DNA of 64,000 bases from Patescibacteria group bacterium (GTDB lineage: Bacteria; Patescibacteriota; Patescibacteriia; Buchananbacterales; UBA6539), in assembly GCA_028688055.1 (NCBI GenBank), contig JAQTYZ010000003.1, forward strand, positions 66,752-130,751, given 5' to 3'. The notes under the pieces were generated by a model. That model did no database searches, was not told the origin of the DNA, and saw nothing but the letters and a program-made list of their open reading frames with translations. Each line of letters opens with the position of its first letter. Position 1 is the first letter of the stretch. Shown here one piece after another: positions 41,564 to 50,519 of the stretch. The position numbers were made by a program, and so were the translations under genes.

Positions 41564-42669
41564 ATGTTGGTTCATAGTGATTTTGAACAATTAGTAAGTG
41601 TTGAGAATTTATTAGTCTGCTGGGATGAATTTAAGAAGGGGAAACGGAGCAAGTTCGATGTGATGGATTTTGAACGGCATCTCGAGGATAATATTTTCGA
41701 ATTGCACAATGAACTAAAATCGTTGAGTTATCGTCACGGCTTTTATTCAACGTTCAACATTTATGACCCTAAGCACCGGGTTATCAGTAAAGCGAATGTT
41801 CATGATCGATTAGTGCATCATCTTGTATTTAAGGAGCTATGCCGGATTTTCGAACCGACGTTTATTCATCATTCATATTCATCACGTATTGGCAAAGGTA
41901 CGCACTTAGCAGTGACAAATGTGAGTCGATGTTTACGAGCTCGAAGCAGAAATTATACCCAAACGGTGTATGTCCTGAAGTGTGATATTAAAAAATTCTT
42001 TTGGAGCGTGCCTCACCAAAAGCTATTAGCGATAATAAAGCGCCGAATTACCGATGAACGATTTCTAGCATTAACCCGAGAACTTATCGAAAGCTTTCCT
42101 CGGCTCGACTCACAAACGTTCGTTCCGAGAGAGAGAGAGAGAGAGAGAGAGTACTTTTTGTCGCGGCCAAAACAGGAATTCCGATCGGCAACGTCACGTC
42201 ACAAATTTTTGCCAACATATATCTAGATCAACTTGATCAGTTTGTGAAACATACCTTAAAGGTGAAACACTATTTTCGCTATGCCGATGACTTCATATTT
42301 ATTAATGAAGACCCGGGTTACTTAAAGTCGCTTTTAGTAGAAGTAGAGCAATTCTTGGCCGAAAAATTACTATTGCAACTGCATCCGCGGAAAATATCTA
42401 TCCGTAAGTTTAACCAGGGTATAGATTTTTTAGGGTATATTATTTTACCACATTATAGTGTCGTGCGAACCAAAACAAGACGGAGGATGTTTAAAAAACT
42501 ACGGCAACGAAAAACGGAGCTTGAAAATGGGACTATTACCCCGGAGTCTTTTAATCAATCACTGCAGTCGTATCTGGGAATGCTCAAACACTGCGATGCC
42601 TATAAAGTTGAGCAAAAGATTCTAGGAATCTCTGAAAATGCCCTAAAGTCCTTAGAGTTATTAGAGTAG
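41564..42669 (+). CDS. DGR reverse transcriptase, split by a frameshift at a (GA)12 tract
   Basis: Frame 1: DPK.R.I, DR.VH, GKGTH, LKCDIKKFF. Frame 2 after the tract: GIPIGNVTSQIFANIYL, RYADD, GIDFLGY. Removing one GA unit gives a 367-aa ORF. Confidence 0.92.
42127..42151 (+). repeat. (GA)12G microsatellite in RT
   Basis: CC-(GA)12-GTAC. Confidence 0.95.
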
Positions 42670-42685
42670 GTAAACTGTAGATAAG
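42666..42685 (+). repeat. Island boundary motif copy 3
   Basis: GTAGGTAAACTGTAGATAAG; its first TAG is the RT stop codon. Confidence 0.7.
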
Positions 42686-42769
42686 TCACTCTTCGCAAGA
42701 GTCGCCGTTTAAGCTAGTATTCATTGGACATTTAGCTTATTTTGAGCTAAAATGTACTTAACAACTTAT

Positions 42770-42905
42770 TGACCTAAACCTCGATATTCCATCGGGGCAT
42801 GGTCTCAAATCGCGACAAACAGAAAACCCGTCATCTAGGGCGTTTGTCGCGTTGCGTGGGGAAACTCACGTAGGATCCGCAAGGGTCTCCTGGTGGCGGG
42901 CTTTA
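42770..42905 (+). ncRNA. Candidate structured RNA or leader with possible pseudoknot
   Basis: Follows TGGACA-17-TAAAAT; 10-bp stem, GAAA and GCAA tetraloop hairpins, loop complementary to the 3' segment. Confidence 0.5.
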
Positions 42906-42947
42906 TGTTATCTAAAATTTTAAATAATTAATTATTAAGAAATTATT

Positions 42948-43508
42948 ATGAACAAATTGTTATCTTTTCTACAGTCTCAGTGGATTATTCTAGTCGTTCT
43001 TATCGTCGGCTTATTATTTGGGTTTTTCCTTGGTATGGAGTACAAAAGCTACCAAATTCAGAAAAATCTTCAAACCTTTCAAAAGGACTTAAACCAGATA
43101 TTCTCGGGTGCCAATAAGGAAAGCGATAAAACAAAAGAAGCCGGAACTCTAAGTAACGAAGAAAAAAACAACTACATCCCCAAAATTGATATCTCCGTCC
43201 AAGTCGACGAATTCAAATCGATAATTGATAGCGACAACATATTCAACGGCAAGGCTCGCAGGTTAGTTGGCACTATAAAAAACAACAGTGATAAAGAAAT
43301 TAAAAAAGCGGAGTTACTCGTTATGTTTTTAAATGAAAATGATCAATCAATATACGAAAACACCTATAACCCATTGTATAATTCGGACAAATTTGAAGAC
43401 GTTATCCTCAAACCAAATTATATAAATGAATTTTCATTTAATACCGATGGAGTGCCAAAAGAGTGGTCTGGCAAAATCAGATATCACATCAGCGATATTG
43501 AATATTAA
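42948..43508 (+). CDS. Membrane-anchored protein with Ig-like (FxLYD-type) domain
   Basis: N-terminal TM helix; GTIKNNSDK...F...ILKP pattern. Confidence 0.55.
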   Translation: MNKLLSFLQSQWIILVVLIVGLLFGFFLGMEYKSYQIQKNLQTFQKDLNQIFSGANKESDKTKEAGTLSNEEKNNYIPKIDISVQVDEFKSIIDSDNIFNGKARRLVGTIKNNSDKEIKKAELLVMFLNENDQSIYENTYNPLYNSDKFEDVILKPNYINEFSFNTDGVPKEWSGKIRYHISDIEY

Positions 43509-43519
43509 TCAAATAATCT

Positions 43520-44608
43520 ATGTCCATCATTATTTCCCAATCAGGAAAAAACGCTCAAAAAATCGATAAATCGGATATTGTTAAAGAAGACGAGCTACAA
43601 AGTTACATTCATCAGAATCCTGAATCAATTCCGATCTACGAAATAGAGGAGGATAAGCGTCTATTTGTCGCCGCCCGGGAATTTTCCACCGAAGCCGGCC
43701 CGATTGACGCGCTCGCCGTTGATAAAGACGGCGACATATATATCGTTGAAACCAAGCTGTATAAAAATCCAGAAAGGCGGACGGTGGTGGGACAAGCGCT
43801 TGATTATGGTGCTTCGCTCTGGCGGCACTCCGGTGACGTTGGCGAGTTTGTTACCCAATTAGACGAAGAGGTACACGATAAATTTGGATTGACGTTCGCT
43901 GAAAAAGTTACTGAATTTTTCAACCTTGACGAAGAAGGGGTAGACTTATTGTTGGAAGCCATGAGAGTGAATCTCCGTGAGGGCAATATAAAATTTGTCA
44001 TCCTGATGGACTCAATGGGTGAGCGGCTCAAAGATCTCATTATGTATGTCAACCAGAACAGCCAATTCGACATCTTCGCCGTGGAGATGGAATTTTATAA
44101 ATTCAAAGAATACGAAATTGTAATTCCCAAGCTATTCGGTGCTGCCGTTAAAAAGATTGTCGCTGGTAGCTCCGGGTCCAGAGTTATCGTCGGTTGGACA
44201 CCAGAAAAGTTTTTGGCCGATGCTAAAAGCAGGTTGCAGAAGGATGAGTTTGTGGCTGTTGAAAAATTGTTTTTATTTTCTAAAAAATATGCCGATGACA
44301 TGAATTTGGGAAATGGTAAGGGAGTCGGTTCAATTAACCCTATCTTTAAAAAATTCAACACCACTAACAGTTTCTTCTGTCTCAAGTCAAACGGCACGCT
44401 AGGCTTTAAGATCCCTTTCGCCCTCCGACCTGATAAGGGGGCGGACGAACATCAAAAACAGCGCCTAAATGCACTCAAGCAAAAACTCGAGGATATTGAT
44501 ATTCCTGTTGCTAGCAACGACCATTCGGTCCATTTGACCTTTAGCGGCTGGGCACCCAAAGTTGACGTTATTATTGACGCCATGGAAACAATTCTCAAAC
44601 AAGGTTGA
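43520..44608 (+). CDS. PD-(D/E)XK (NucS-like) nuclease domain protein
   Basis: E..LQ..I, GPIDALAVD..G.IYIVETKL, Q.LDY. Confidence 0.7.
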   Translation: MSIIISQSGKNAQKIDKSDIVKEDELQSYIHQNPESIPIYEIEEDKRLFVAAREFSTEAGPIDALAVDKDGDIYIVETKLYKNPERRTVVGQALDYGASLWRHSGDVGEFVTQLDEEVHDKFGLTFAEKVTEFFNLDEEGVDLLLEAMRVNLREGNIKFVILMDSMGERLKDLIMYVNQNSQFDIFAVEMEFYKFKEYEIVIPKLFGAAVKKIVAGSSGSRVIVGWTPEKFLADAKSRLQKDEFVAVEKLFLFSKKYADDMNLGNGKGVGSINPIFKKFNTTNSFFCLKSNGTLGFKIPFALRPDKGADEHQKQRLNALKQKLEDIDIPVASNDHSVHLTFSGWAPKVDVIIDAMETILKQG

Positions 44609-44639
44609 TATCTTATCTATACGTTTGCAATCTAAAAAA

Positions 44640-45236
44640 ATGGCTACTAGTTCTAAAATTAACCGACAGTTGATGGTCGAAATGCGGCTTGGCTTGAACG
44701 GTCACCGTCAACATACCATGACGGCAATCGGCAAAAAATTCAACCTTAGCCGGCAAAGAGTTTACCAACTGCTTAGAAGATATGGTATAGAAAAAAAGAT
44801 AATCGTTGGCGATCAGGAAGTTTTTACTTGCCCTCAACTAATAAAGCAACCGTGGTTTCCGATTAAAACTTTAGTTACGTTGCGTAAGTTAATTGACACT
44901 GGAAAAATTAAAGCTATGAATGCCAGTGCCAACCCCCAATTAAAGCGTTATCATGTTAATAAACAAGAAGCAATTAGATTTTTAAATGCTTGGGATGATG
45001 TGGAAAATAATGTTGTCAATGTTGAAAACATAAAAAAAGATAAAAATTACTTTTCCTGTCCCGCCTTAACAAAACAGTCTTGGTTTCCAGTGAAGTCATT
45101 GATTACTTTAAATAAGCTTATTAACCAAGGTAAGATTAAAGCCGTTGATTTAAGCACGAGCCCTGACTTCAGGCGATACTACATTCACAAAGACGAGGCA
45201 ATCAGATACGTCGCTACAATCTTAAAAGATGTATAG
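44640..45236 (+). CDS. HTH DNA-binding protein with two tandem excisionase-like repeats
   Basis: Sigma4-like T..AIG..FNLSRQRVYQ; repeat F.CP.L.KQ.WFP.K.L.TL.KLI..GKIKA...RY...K.EAIR occurs twice. Confidence 0.6.
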   Translation: MATSSKINRQLMVEMRLGLNGHRQHTMTAIGKKFNLSRQRVYQLLRRYGIEKKIIVGDQEVFTCPQLIKQPWFPIKTLVTLRKLIDTGKIKAMNASANPQLKRYHVNKQEAIRFLNAWDDVENNVVNVENIKKDKNYFSCPALTKQSWFPVKSLITLNKLINQGKIKAVDLSTSPDFRRYYIHKDEAIRYVATILKDV

Positions 45237-45259
45237 TATAATTAGCGGCGGTGATATTA

Positions 45260-45292
45260 TAAAATAGCTCTCAAAGTATGAGAGCTATTTTA
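45260..45292. terminator. Bidirectional terminator
   Basis: TAAAATAGCTCTCA-AAGTA-TGAGAGCTATTTTA between convergent genes. Confidence 0.75.
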
Positions 45293-45348
45293 GATTTAGT
45301 CGTTGAGTTTGTTATTTGGTCGATGCTGATAAAAGACAGTGGGTTAGC

Positions 45349-46845
45349 CTAAACAAAAAATATCTCGCATATCGGTGGTCTTTTGTTATTAGCCATAATG
45401 TCTTGGATTAAAATTGTAAAGGCATCGGCCAGGTCGTCATGCTTTTCCACACCAAAGTCCACCAATTGTCTGATTAATGTTTCGGCACCTTTTCTGGGAA
45501 ACACTATTTTTCCCGATTGAATTAAGTGGGTTGTCAGCGCCAGCCGGGCTCTTTTATCTCCGCTCACCTTAGCACCCACGGCCGGAAAACCACCTTGTTT
45601 AAGTTGCTGGACAAGCGCTAGCTGGTATTGCACGTCTTCAATGATTAATTTTGACTGCCGACCGTTATTGACCGCCAGTGACACCGCTTTTGCCCGCTCC
45701 ACTTGTTGGGGGAACGTTAGCCGTTCATTGACCGGGTTAGGAAAAATATATATTTTTATATCCTCACCGTAGCCGTAGACTCTGGCCGATACCATAGCGG
45801 TATAGTCGGCGTTGTCTTTTTGCGATATCGCCAGATCAACGCCGGTGGCAACATACCGGTATTTGCTACCGTCGCCCGTTGGCGGAAGGTTGTCGTAGCG
45901 CTCCAGCCATTCTTCAAATACCACTCGTTCCGAATCGGGAACTATCTTTAACATGTATTCCCGTTGCCAGGAAATTTCATTGCCGGTGTCTCTTTTTTGT
46001 TTTTCAATATCAGCAAAGGTCGGGTATTTACCGGGCCAAGTGATGTTGTCGTTGGCATCAACTAAAGGAATTTGCATGAAATAGCCATCCATATCTTTAT
46101 TAATGATTTTTTCTTTAACCCGCATCAGCAGGCTATCTTCGTGAAGCATGTTCCCAACAAAGATAACTCTGGTGTTAAGGTCTCCGGCCGGAATTACTTC
46201 GCCGGTAATCCATTGATGGATTTTATCCCGGCCGTCCTTGGTTTTTACCGTAGTCAAGTCCTCAATATCGTCACAAATAATTAGATCCGGTCGGTACTGG
46301 TTATGCCGCATACCCCTGATCGTCTGTTCCATGCTGGCCGCAGTAATTCTGGCGCCGTATTTAGGAATAACCAAGGAGTAGCTACCCCATTCATCCTCGA
46401 TTTCTTTAAACGGTCCGAGGTCTTGCCGTAATAGCTCATTAGATTCTAGTTCGTAACGGATATTGATTAGCTGTTGACGCGCCTGCCGTTGAGTCTGTCC
46501 CAAAATAACTACAAACTTTTTTTGTTGTTTGCCCAATATCGCCCAAATCGGAAAGGACAAAGTTAGAATGGTCGACTTGGAACTACCCCTGAAGGCAACG
46601 ACGAGTAGCGTCTTAATTGTCTCATCTTCCGTTAAACTAAAAATGTGCTGGTGAAATGGAGCTGAAGGAAGTTTAACGTAGTGGTTTAGATAAACATTAA
46701 AAAACCACCAATGGTTTCGCTGAGTCAGATCCGTTCGCATTATTTGATTATTAAGGATCTCCTTCATAAGCTCAGGGCTGATAGCCTTAGTATCAGCCAT
46801 AATTTTTTCGTTAATCATATCTTTATTCCTTTCTTTTGGGAGCAT
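45349..46845 (-). CDS. Terminase large subunit-like protein
   Basis: AFRGSSKST, RG...RPDLIICDDIE, GVDLA...DYTA, HDDLADA. Confidence 0.85.
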   Translation of the reverse strand: MLPKERNKDMINEKIMADTKAISPELMKEILNNQIMRTDLTQRNHWWFFNVYLNHYVKLPSAPFHQHIFSLTEDETIKTLLVVAFRGSSKSTILTLSFPIWAILGKQQKKFVVILGQTQRQARQQLINIRYELESNELLRQDLGPFKEIEDEWGSYSLVIPKYGARITAASMEQTIRGMRHNQYRPDLIICDDIEDLTTVKTKDGRDKIHQWITGEVIPAGDLNTRVIFVGNMLHEDSLLMRVKEKIINKDMDGYFMQIPLVDANDNITWPGKYPTFADIEKQKRDTGNEISWQREYMLKIVPDSERVVFEEWLERYDNLPPTGDGSKYRYVATGVDLAISQKDNADYTAMVSARVYGYGEDIKIYIFPNPVNERLTFPQQVERAKAVSLAVNNGRQSKLIIEDVQYQLALVQQLKQGGFPAVGAKVSGDKRARLALTTHLIQSGKIVFPRKGAETLIRQLVDFGVEKHDDLADAFTILIQDIMANNKRPPICEIFFV

Positions 46846-47269
46846 TATTATTTAGAGTTGAAAGTTCCAATGCTTTCAAGATCGCCTGTTCCTGTTCAGG
46901 CGTTAGTTTATTAGTATCGGTTTTAATCTTGCCCGATATCTCCACTTTATTTCTGTACGCCTTATGCCTATGCTTTAGCCAGAAGATTATTCCCGACATA
47001 TTCTGGTCGCGAATCGCCGAAATTAATTGGCTCTCAGCTAAATCGTTCACCATAGCCAAGCCGGTCTTAATCGCTTCATCAGCGGCTTTGGCAAAAGTGG
47101 CATCCAATTTTCGCCATCGATAGTAGGTGCTGCGATTAATGCCTGCTCGCTCACAAGAGATTTGGACAATGGGAATTTTTCGTAAGTTTTCTACTATCGC
47201 TTCCTTATCTTTTTCTTGGCGCGTATCAACCGTACTTTTTTCTTGAGATGTATCAGTTGTGTCTGCCAT
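46823..47269 (-). CDS. HTH protein, probable terminase small subunit
   Basis: CERAGINRSTYYRW, AES.L, IIFWLK; overlaps the large-subunit ORF. Confidence 0.7.
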   Translation of the reverse strand: MADTTDTSQEKSTVDTRQEKDKEAIVENLRKIPIVQISCERAGINRSTYYRWRKLDATFAKAADEAIKTGLAMVNDLAESQLISAIRDQNMSGIIFWLKHRHKAYRNKVEISGKIKTDTNKLTPEQEQAILKALELSTLNNNAPKRKE

Positions 47270-47287
47270 GCAATTATTGGTTAGTAA

Positions 47288-48067
47288 TTAATTTAATTTG
47301 ACGGCTTTAATTCTGGTCAGCCGTTCAAATCGGTCAATGATTGTTTGACAATATGCGGGGTCAAGCTCAATCATCAAACATTTTCTTCTTGTTTGTTCAG
47401 CGGCCGTGATTAGAGACCCCGAACCACCAAAACAATCGTAAACGGTATCCCCGATACTGGTGCTGTTAAGAATGAGTCGCCGAAGTAAACTAATTGGTTT
47501 CATTGTCGGATGCAATTTGCTCTTCGTCGGCTTGGGGCACAACAACACACTTTTATCTTTCGACTTTTTGAATTCGTGAGTACCATACCAGCCGTAAGCA
47601 ATAAGTTCGTGCTGTGGCAGATAATCAAGCCGACCGACGACCGACGTATTTTTAATCCAAATCAGCAACTGGCAGAATTTGAAGCCTGATTCAATCATGG
47701 CTTGGCGCAAGGCAAATATCATCTTGTCGGAATTAAAGATGTAGACCGAATTCTTTTTTTCCAAAAACGGTCTCACGGGTAACAGCCATCTTTTGGTGAA
47801 CTCTTTGTACTCTTCTTCAGTTTGTTCCTGGTCATTAGCGATGATTTTTGTGTGGCCTAGCTGTTGCTTGAAATCGGATTTATTCTCTACGTAAGCAATC
47901 CCATACGGGCAATCCGTGATAACGGCGTTAATTTTTTGTCCGGTAAGGAATTGTTCGACGAGTGTAACGTCGGTAGCATCCCCACAGAGCAGGGAATGGC
48001 TACCGAGCGCGAATCTGTCCCCGTACTTAATTAAGTTTGGTTGGCTTGTTTCCGGTGAGTTTTTCAT
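47288..48067 (-). CDS. N6/N4 DNA methyltransferase
   Basis: LLCGD, TDCPY (variant of DPPY), HPTMKP, FGGSGS. Confidence 0.85.
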   Translation of the reverse strand: MKNSPETSQPNLIKYGDRFALGSHSLLCGDATDVTLVEQFLTGQKINAVITDCPYGIAYVENKSDFKQQLGHTKIIANDQEQTEEEYKEFTKRWLLPVRPFLEKKNSVYIFNSDKMIFALRQAMIESGFKFCQLLIWIKNTSVVGRLDYLPQHELIAYGWYGTHEFKKSKDKSVLLCPKPTKSKLHPTMKPISLLRRLILNSTSIGDTVYDCFGGSGSLITAAEQTRRKCLMIELDPAYCQTIIDRFERLTRIKAVKLN

Positions 48068-49334
48068 ATCGGTTTAAAATTAATTGACAGAAGATTGGCT
48101 CCACCTCAGAAAGATAAGCCGTTCTTTTAAGTTGTTCGCATGCCACTAAAATGCTACCCGACCCAGCAGTCAAATCCAAAATGATGTCGCCAGGCTTGCT
48201 ACATCTTCTTAAGGCTTTTTCGTACAGCGTCGGCGGCTTTTGGGTCGGATGCTCTAGTTCATTGCCCGGTAAACGTTTGACCAACCAAATATTCAGTAAA
48301 TCAAGGACATCGTCAATCAATCTATTTCCGGTGCTAACTTCCTTATTTAGCACCTCATTTAAATTTTTTACCTTATCTGACAAATATGGCTTACCGCGAA
48401 CCCCATAAAGACAAAATTCGCTGATTTTATTGAAGGCAATTTGTGGCGTCGGATTTTGGTTGTCCTTTAGCCAAAGACACAGTCTTTTTTGATCAAGGCC
48501 TGCTTCACGATAAAGCTCCTGCATCATGCCAACATATTTTTCGTCCAGCCAAAAGAAAACGTGACAATCTTTATTAGCGACATTTAAGCCATTGTCAATC
48601 AATTTTTTGACGAACAATCTGTAATCTTTTTCTGATTTTTTGTCATTGGTTGTTCCGCCGTAATTCCTTTTTCCGCCGATGCCGCCGTTATAGTCTAGAT
48701 TGATATTATACGGCGGGTCGCAGTTGATGACGTCGACTTTTATGCCATTTAAAAATTCCTGAACGGAAATCGGATCTGTCGAATCAAGACAAATCAGTCG
48801 ATGCCTGCCTAAGGCGAACATGTTACCAATCTTAACGTCAGTATTTTTTGCGACTTGCAACTCTTTTTCAACTTTGAAATTATCATCTTCAATTTCCATT
48901 GTGGCGTCCCAAATAGCGGTCATTTCGTCATGGTTGAACCCAATGTCAAGTAAGAAATCAACATCAAATGATTTAAGCATCTCATAATCCCAATCGCCCG
49001 TGTTGGCATTCAGTCTAAGGCATAATTCTTTTTCGCGTTCAACGTCTGGAATATCAATATAGATGACTGGAACTTCGGTAAAACCCAGTTGTTTACTTAC
49101 TTCCCAGCGAAAGTTCCCGCCAATAATAATTCCTTTTCGGTTCGGTGCCAAATTTACCAGAAGGGGATCAACCAACCCATGCCTCAAAATACTATCCTTG
49201 AGTTCGCAGGTGGCCTCCTCGGTCCAGAAACGCGGGTTATAGTCGGGTGAAGTTAATGAATCAATCGGGACGTAAACGATTTTGAGTGTTTGATTGTCAA
49301 ATTCTTTTTTAAGAGTCATAAATTTAAAATTCAA
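48027..49334 (-). CDS. ParB-like plus N6/N4 DNA methyltransferase fusion
   Basis: YNPR...IIGGNFR N-terminus; DPPY, HPTQKP, AGSGS. Confidence 0.88.
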   Translation of the reverse strand: MNFKFMTLKKEFDNQTLKIVYVPIDSLTSPDYNPRFWTEEATCELKDSILRHGLVDPLLVNLAPNRKGIIIGGNFRWEVSKQLGFTEVPVIYIDIPDVEREKELCLRLNANTGDWDYEMLKSFDVDFLLDIGFNHDEMTAIWDATMEIEDDNFKVEKELQVAKNTDVKIGNMFALGRHRLICLDSTDPISVQEFLNGIKVDVINCDPPYNINLDYNGGIGGKRNYGGTTNDKKSEKDYRLFVKKLIDNGLNVANKDCHVFFWLDEKYVGMMQELYREAGLDQKRLCLWLKDNQNPTPQIAFNKISEFCLYGVRGKPYLSDKVKNLNEVLNKEVSTGNRLIDDVLDLLNIWLVKRLPGNELEHPTQKPPTLYEKALRRCSKPGDIILDLTAGSGSILVACEQLKRTAYLSEVEPIFCQLILNRYEKLTGNKPTKLN

Positions 49335-49342
49335 TCATAAGG

Positions 49343-49528
49343 TTACGCTTTTCTTAATTCAATATTTTTTTTGCAGCCATTAGGGCATTGCCATGATCCC
49401 CAGCGATAGATAGTTCTATTACCAGACGCATAGTTGGGAGCCCAGACTTGCCCGCACCTTTTGCACCTAAATAGGGAATGGGGTTCATCGGCGATAATCT
49501 CCACAATTTTCGGATTTGAGTTTCTCAT
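49343..49528 (-). CDS. Small Zn-ribbon-like protein
   Basis: CKRC...CPNGC; first ORF of the leftward operon. Confidence 0.5.
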   Translation of the reverse strand: MRNSNPKIVEIIADEPHSLFRCKRCGQVWAPNYASGNRTIYRWGSWQCPNGCKKNIELRKA

Positions 49529-49861
49529 AGTTTGTTATTATTAATAATTAAATAAATAAAAAACCCACAAGCGACTAATGAATCGTATCGTACAAACAAT
49601 TCTTACCGGTTCAAAGAAAATCGTTTAATTTTCTTTTCGGGTTGTTTTCGGATTCATTAATCGTTCGCGGGTTTTTGAAACCGACGGCGATTTTACTATA
49701 GCTTTAGTTTTCTGGTTGTTTTTGGGTTATTGCCACCTCAAGATTTATGTTACGGTATAGTGAAACTCTTGTCAAGTATTATGGGAACTTGCTAAAAAAA
49801 CGTAAATGATATAAACTAGTATAAATCGACCTAAAACAATTTAAAACCATATACCCACTTT

Positions 49862-50515
49862 ATGCATGAGATCCAAAAAAAATTGCTAAATTTAGCTCAA
49901 GAAATGAATTTGGGTCAGATGACGCTAAGAGAAGTTGGCGGTTTAATTGGCGAAACATCGCCGCAAAAGATTAAGCACCACCTTAGTCAGCTGGAAAAAC
50001 GTGGTTTGATTCGAGTTGATCGGATTAAGGGTATAGTCCGAAAGACCGAACAGGAGCAGGTAGGCGGCTTATTAAATAAATCAAAACTGTTAAGCATTCC
50101 GATTTTCGGATCTGCCAATGCCGGTCCGGCTGAAATATTCGCCGATCAGGATGTTTCAGGATTTTTACGAATTTCGAGCAAGCTATTGGAGCCGGAAGTT
50201 ATGAGCCATAAACTATTTGCCATTAAAGTACAGGGGCCGTCGATGAATCGAACTGACGTGAAGGGGAAAACAATTGAAGACGGCGATTTCATTATCGTCG
50301 ACAGTGATGACCGTGAACCGGAAGATAATGCTGTCGTGCTATCACTCATAGACAGTATGGCCAACGTTAAGCGATTGCATCTTGATACGGCAAACCAGCA
50401 AATCATATTGGCATCGGAATCAACTCAAGATTTTCCGCCGATTGTCATCCATGAAGATGATGACTACTCAATCAACGGCCGAGTAGTACAGGTAATTAAA
50501 AAATTTAAAGTTTAG
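49862..50515 (+). CDS. LexA-like repressor (wHTH plus S24 peptidase)
   Basis: TLREVG..IG, HHL..LEKRG, ANAG cleavage site, GPSM Ser, VKR Lys. Confidence 0.88.
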   Translation: MHEIQKKLLNLAQEMNLGQMTLREVGGLIGETSPQKIKHHLSQLEKRGLIRVDRIKGIVRKTEQEQVGGLLNKSKLLSIPIFGSANAGPAEIFADQDVSGFLRISSKLLEPEVMSHKLFAIKVQGPSMNRTDVKGKTIEDGDFIIVDSDDREPEDNAVVLSLIDSMANVKRLHLDTANQQIILASESTQDFPPIVIHEDDDYSINGRVVQVIKKFKV

Positions 50516-50519
50516 GAGT

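Noticed and set aside
47288-48067. Inactive methyltransferase because of DCPY
   Set aside because: A single motif substitution with other motifs intact is not enough to infer loss of activity.
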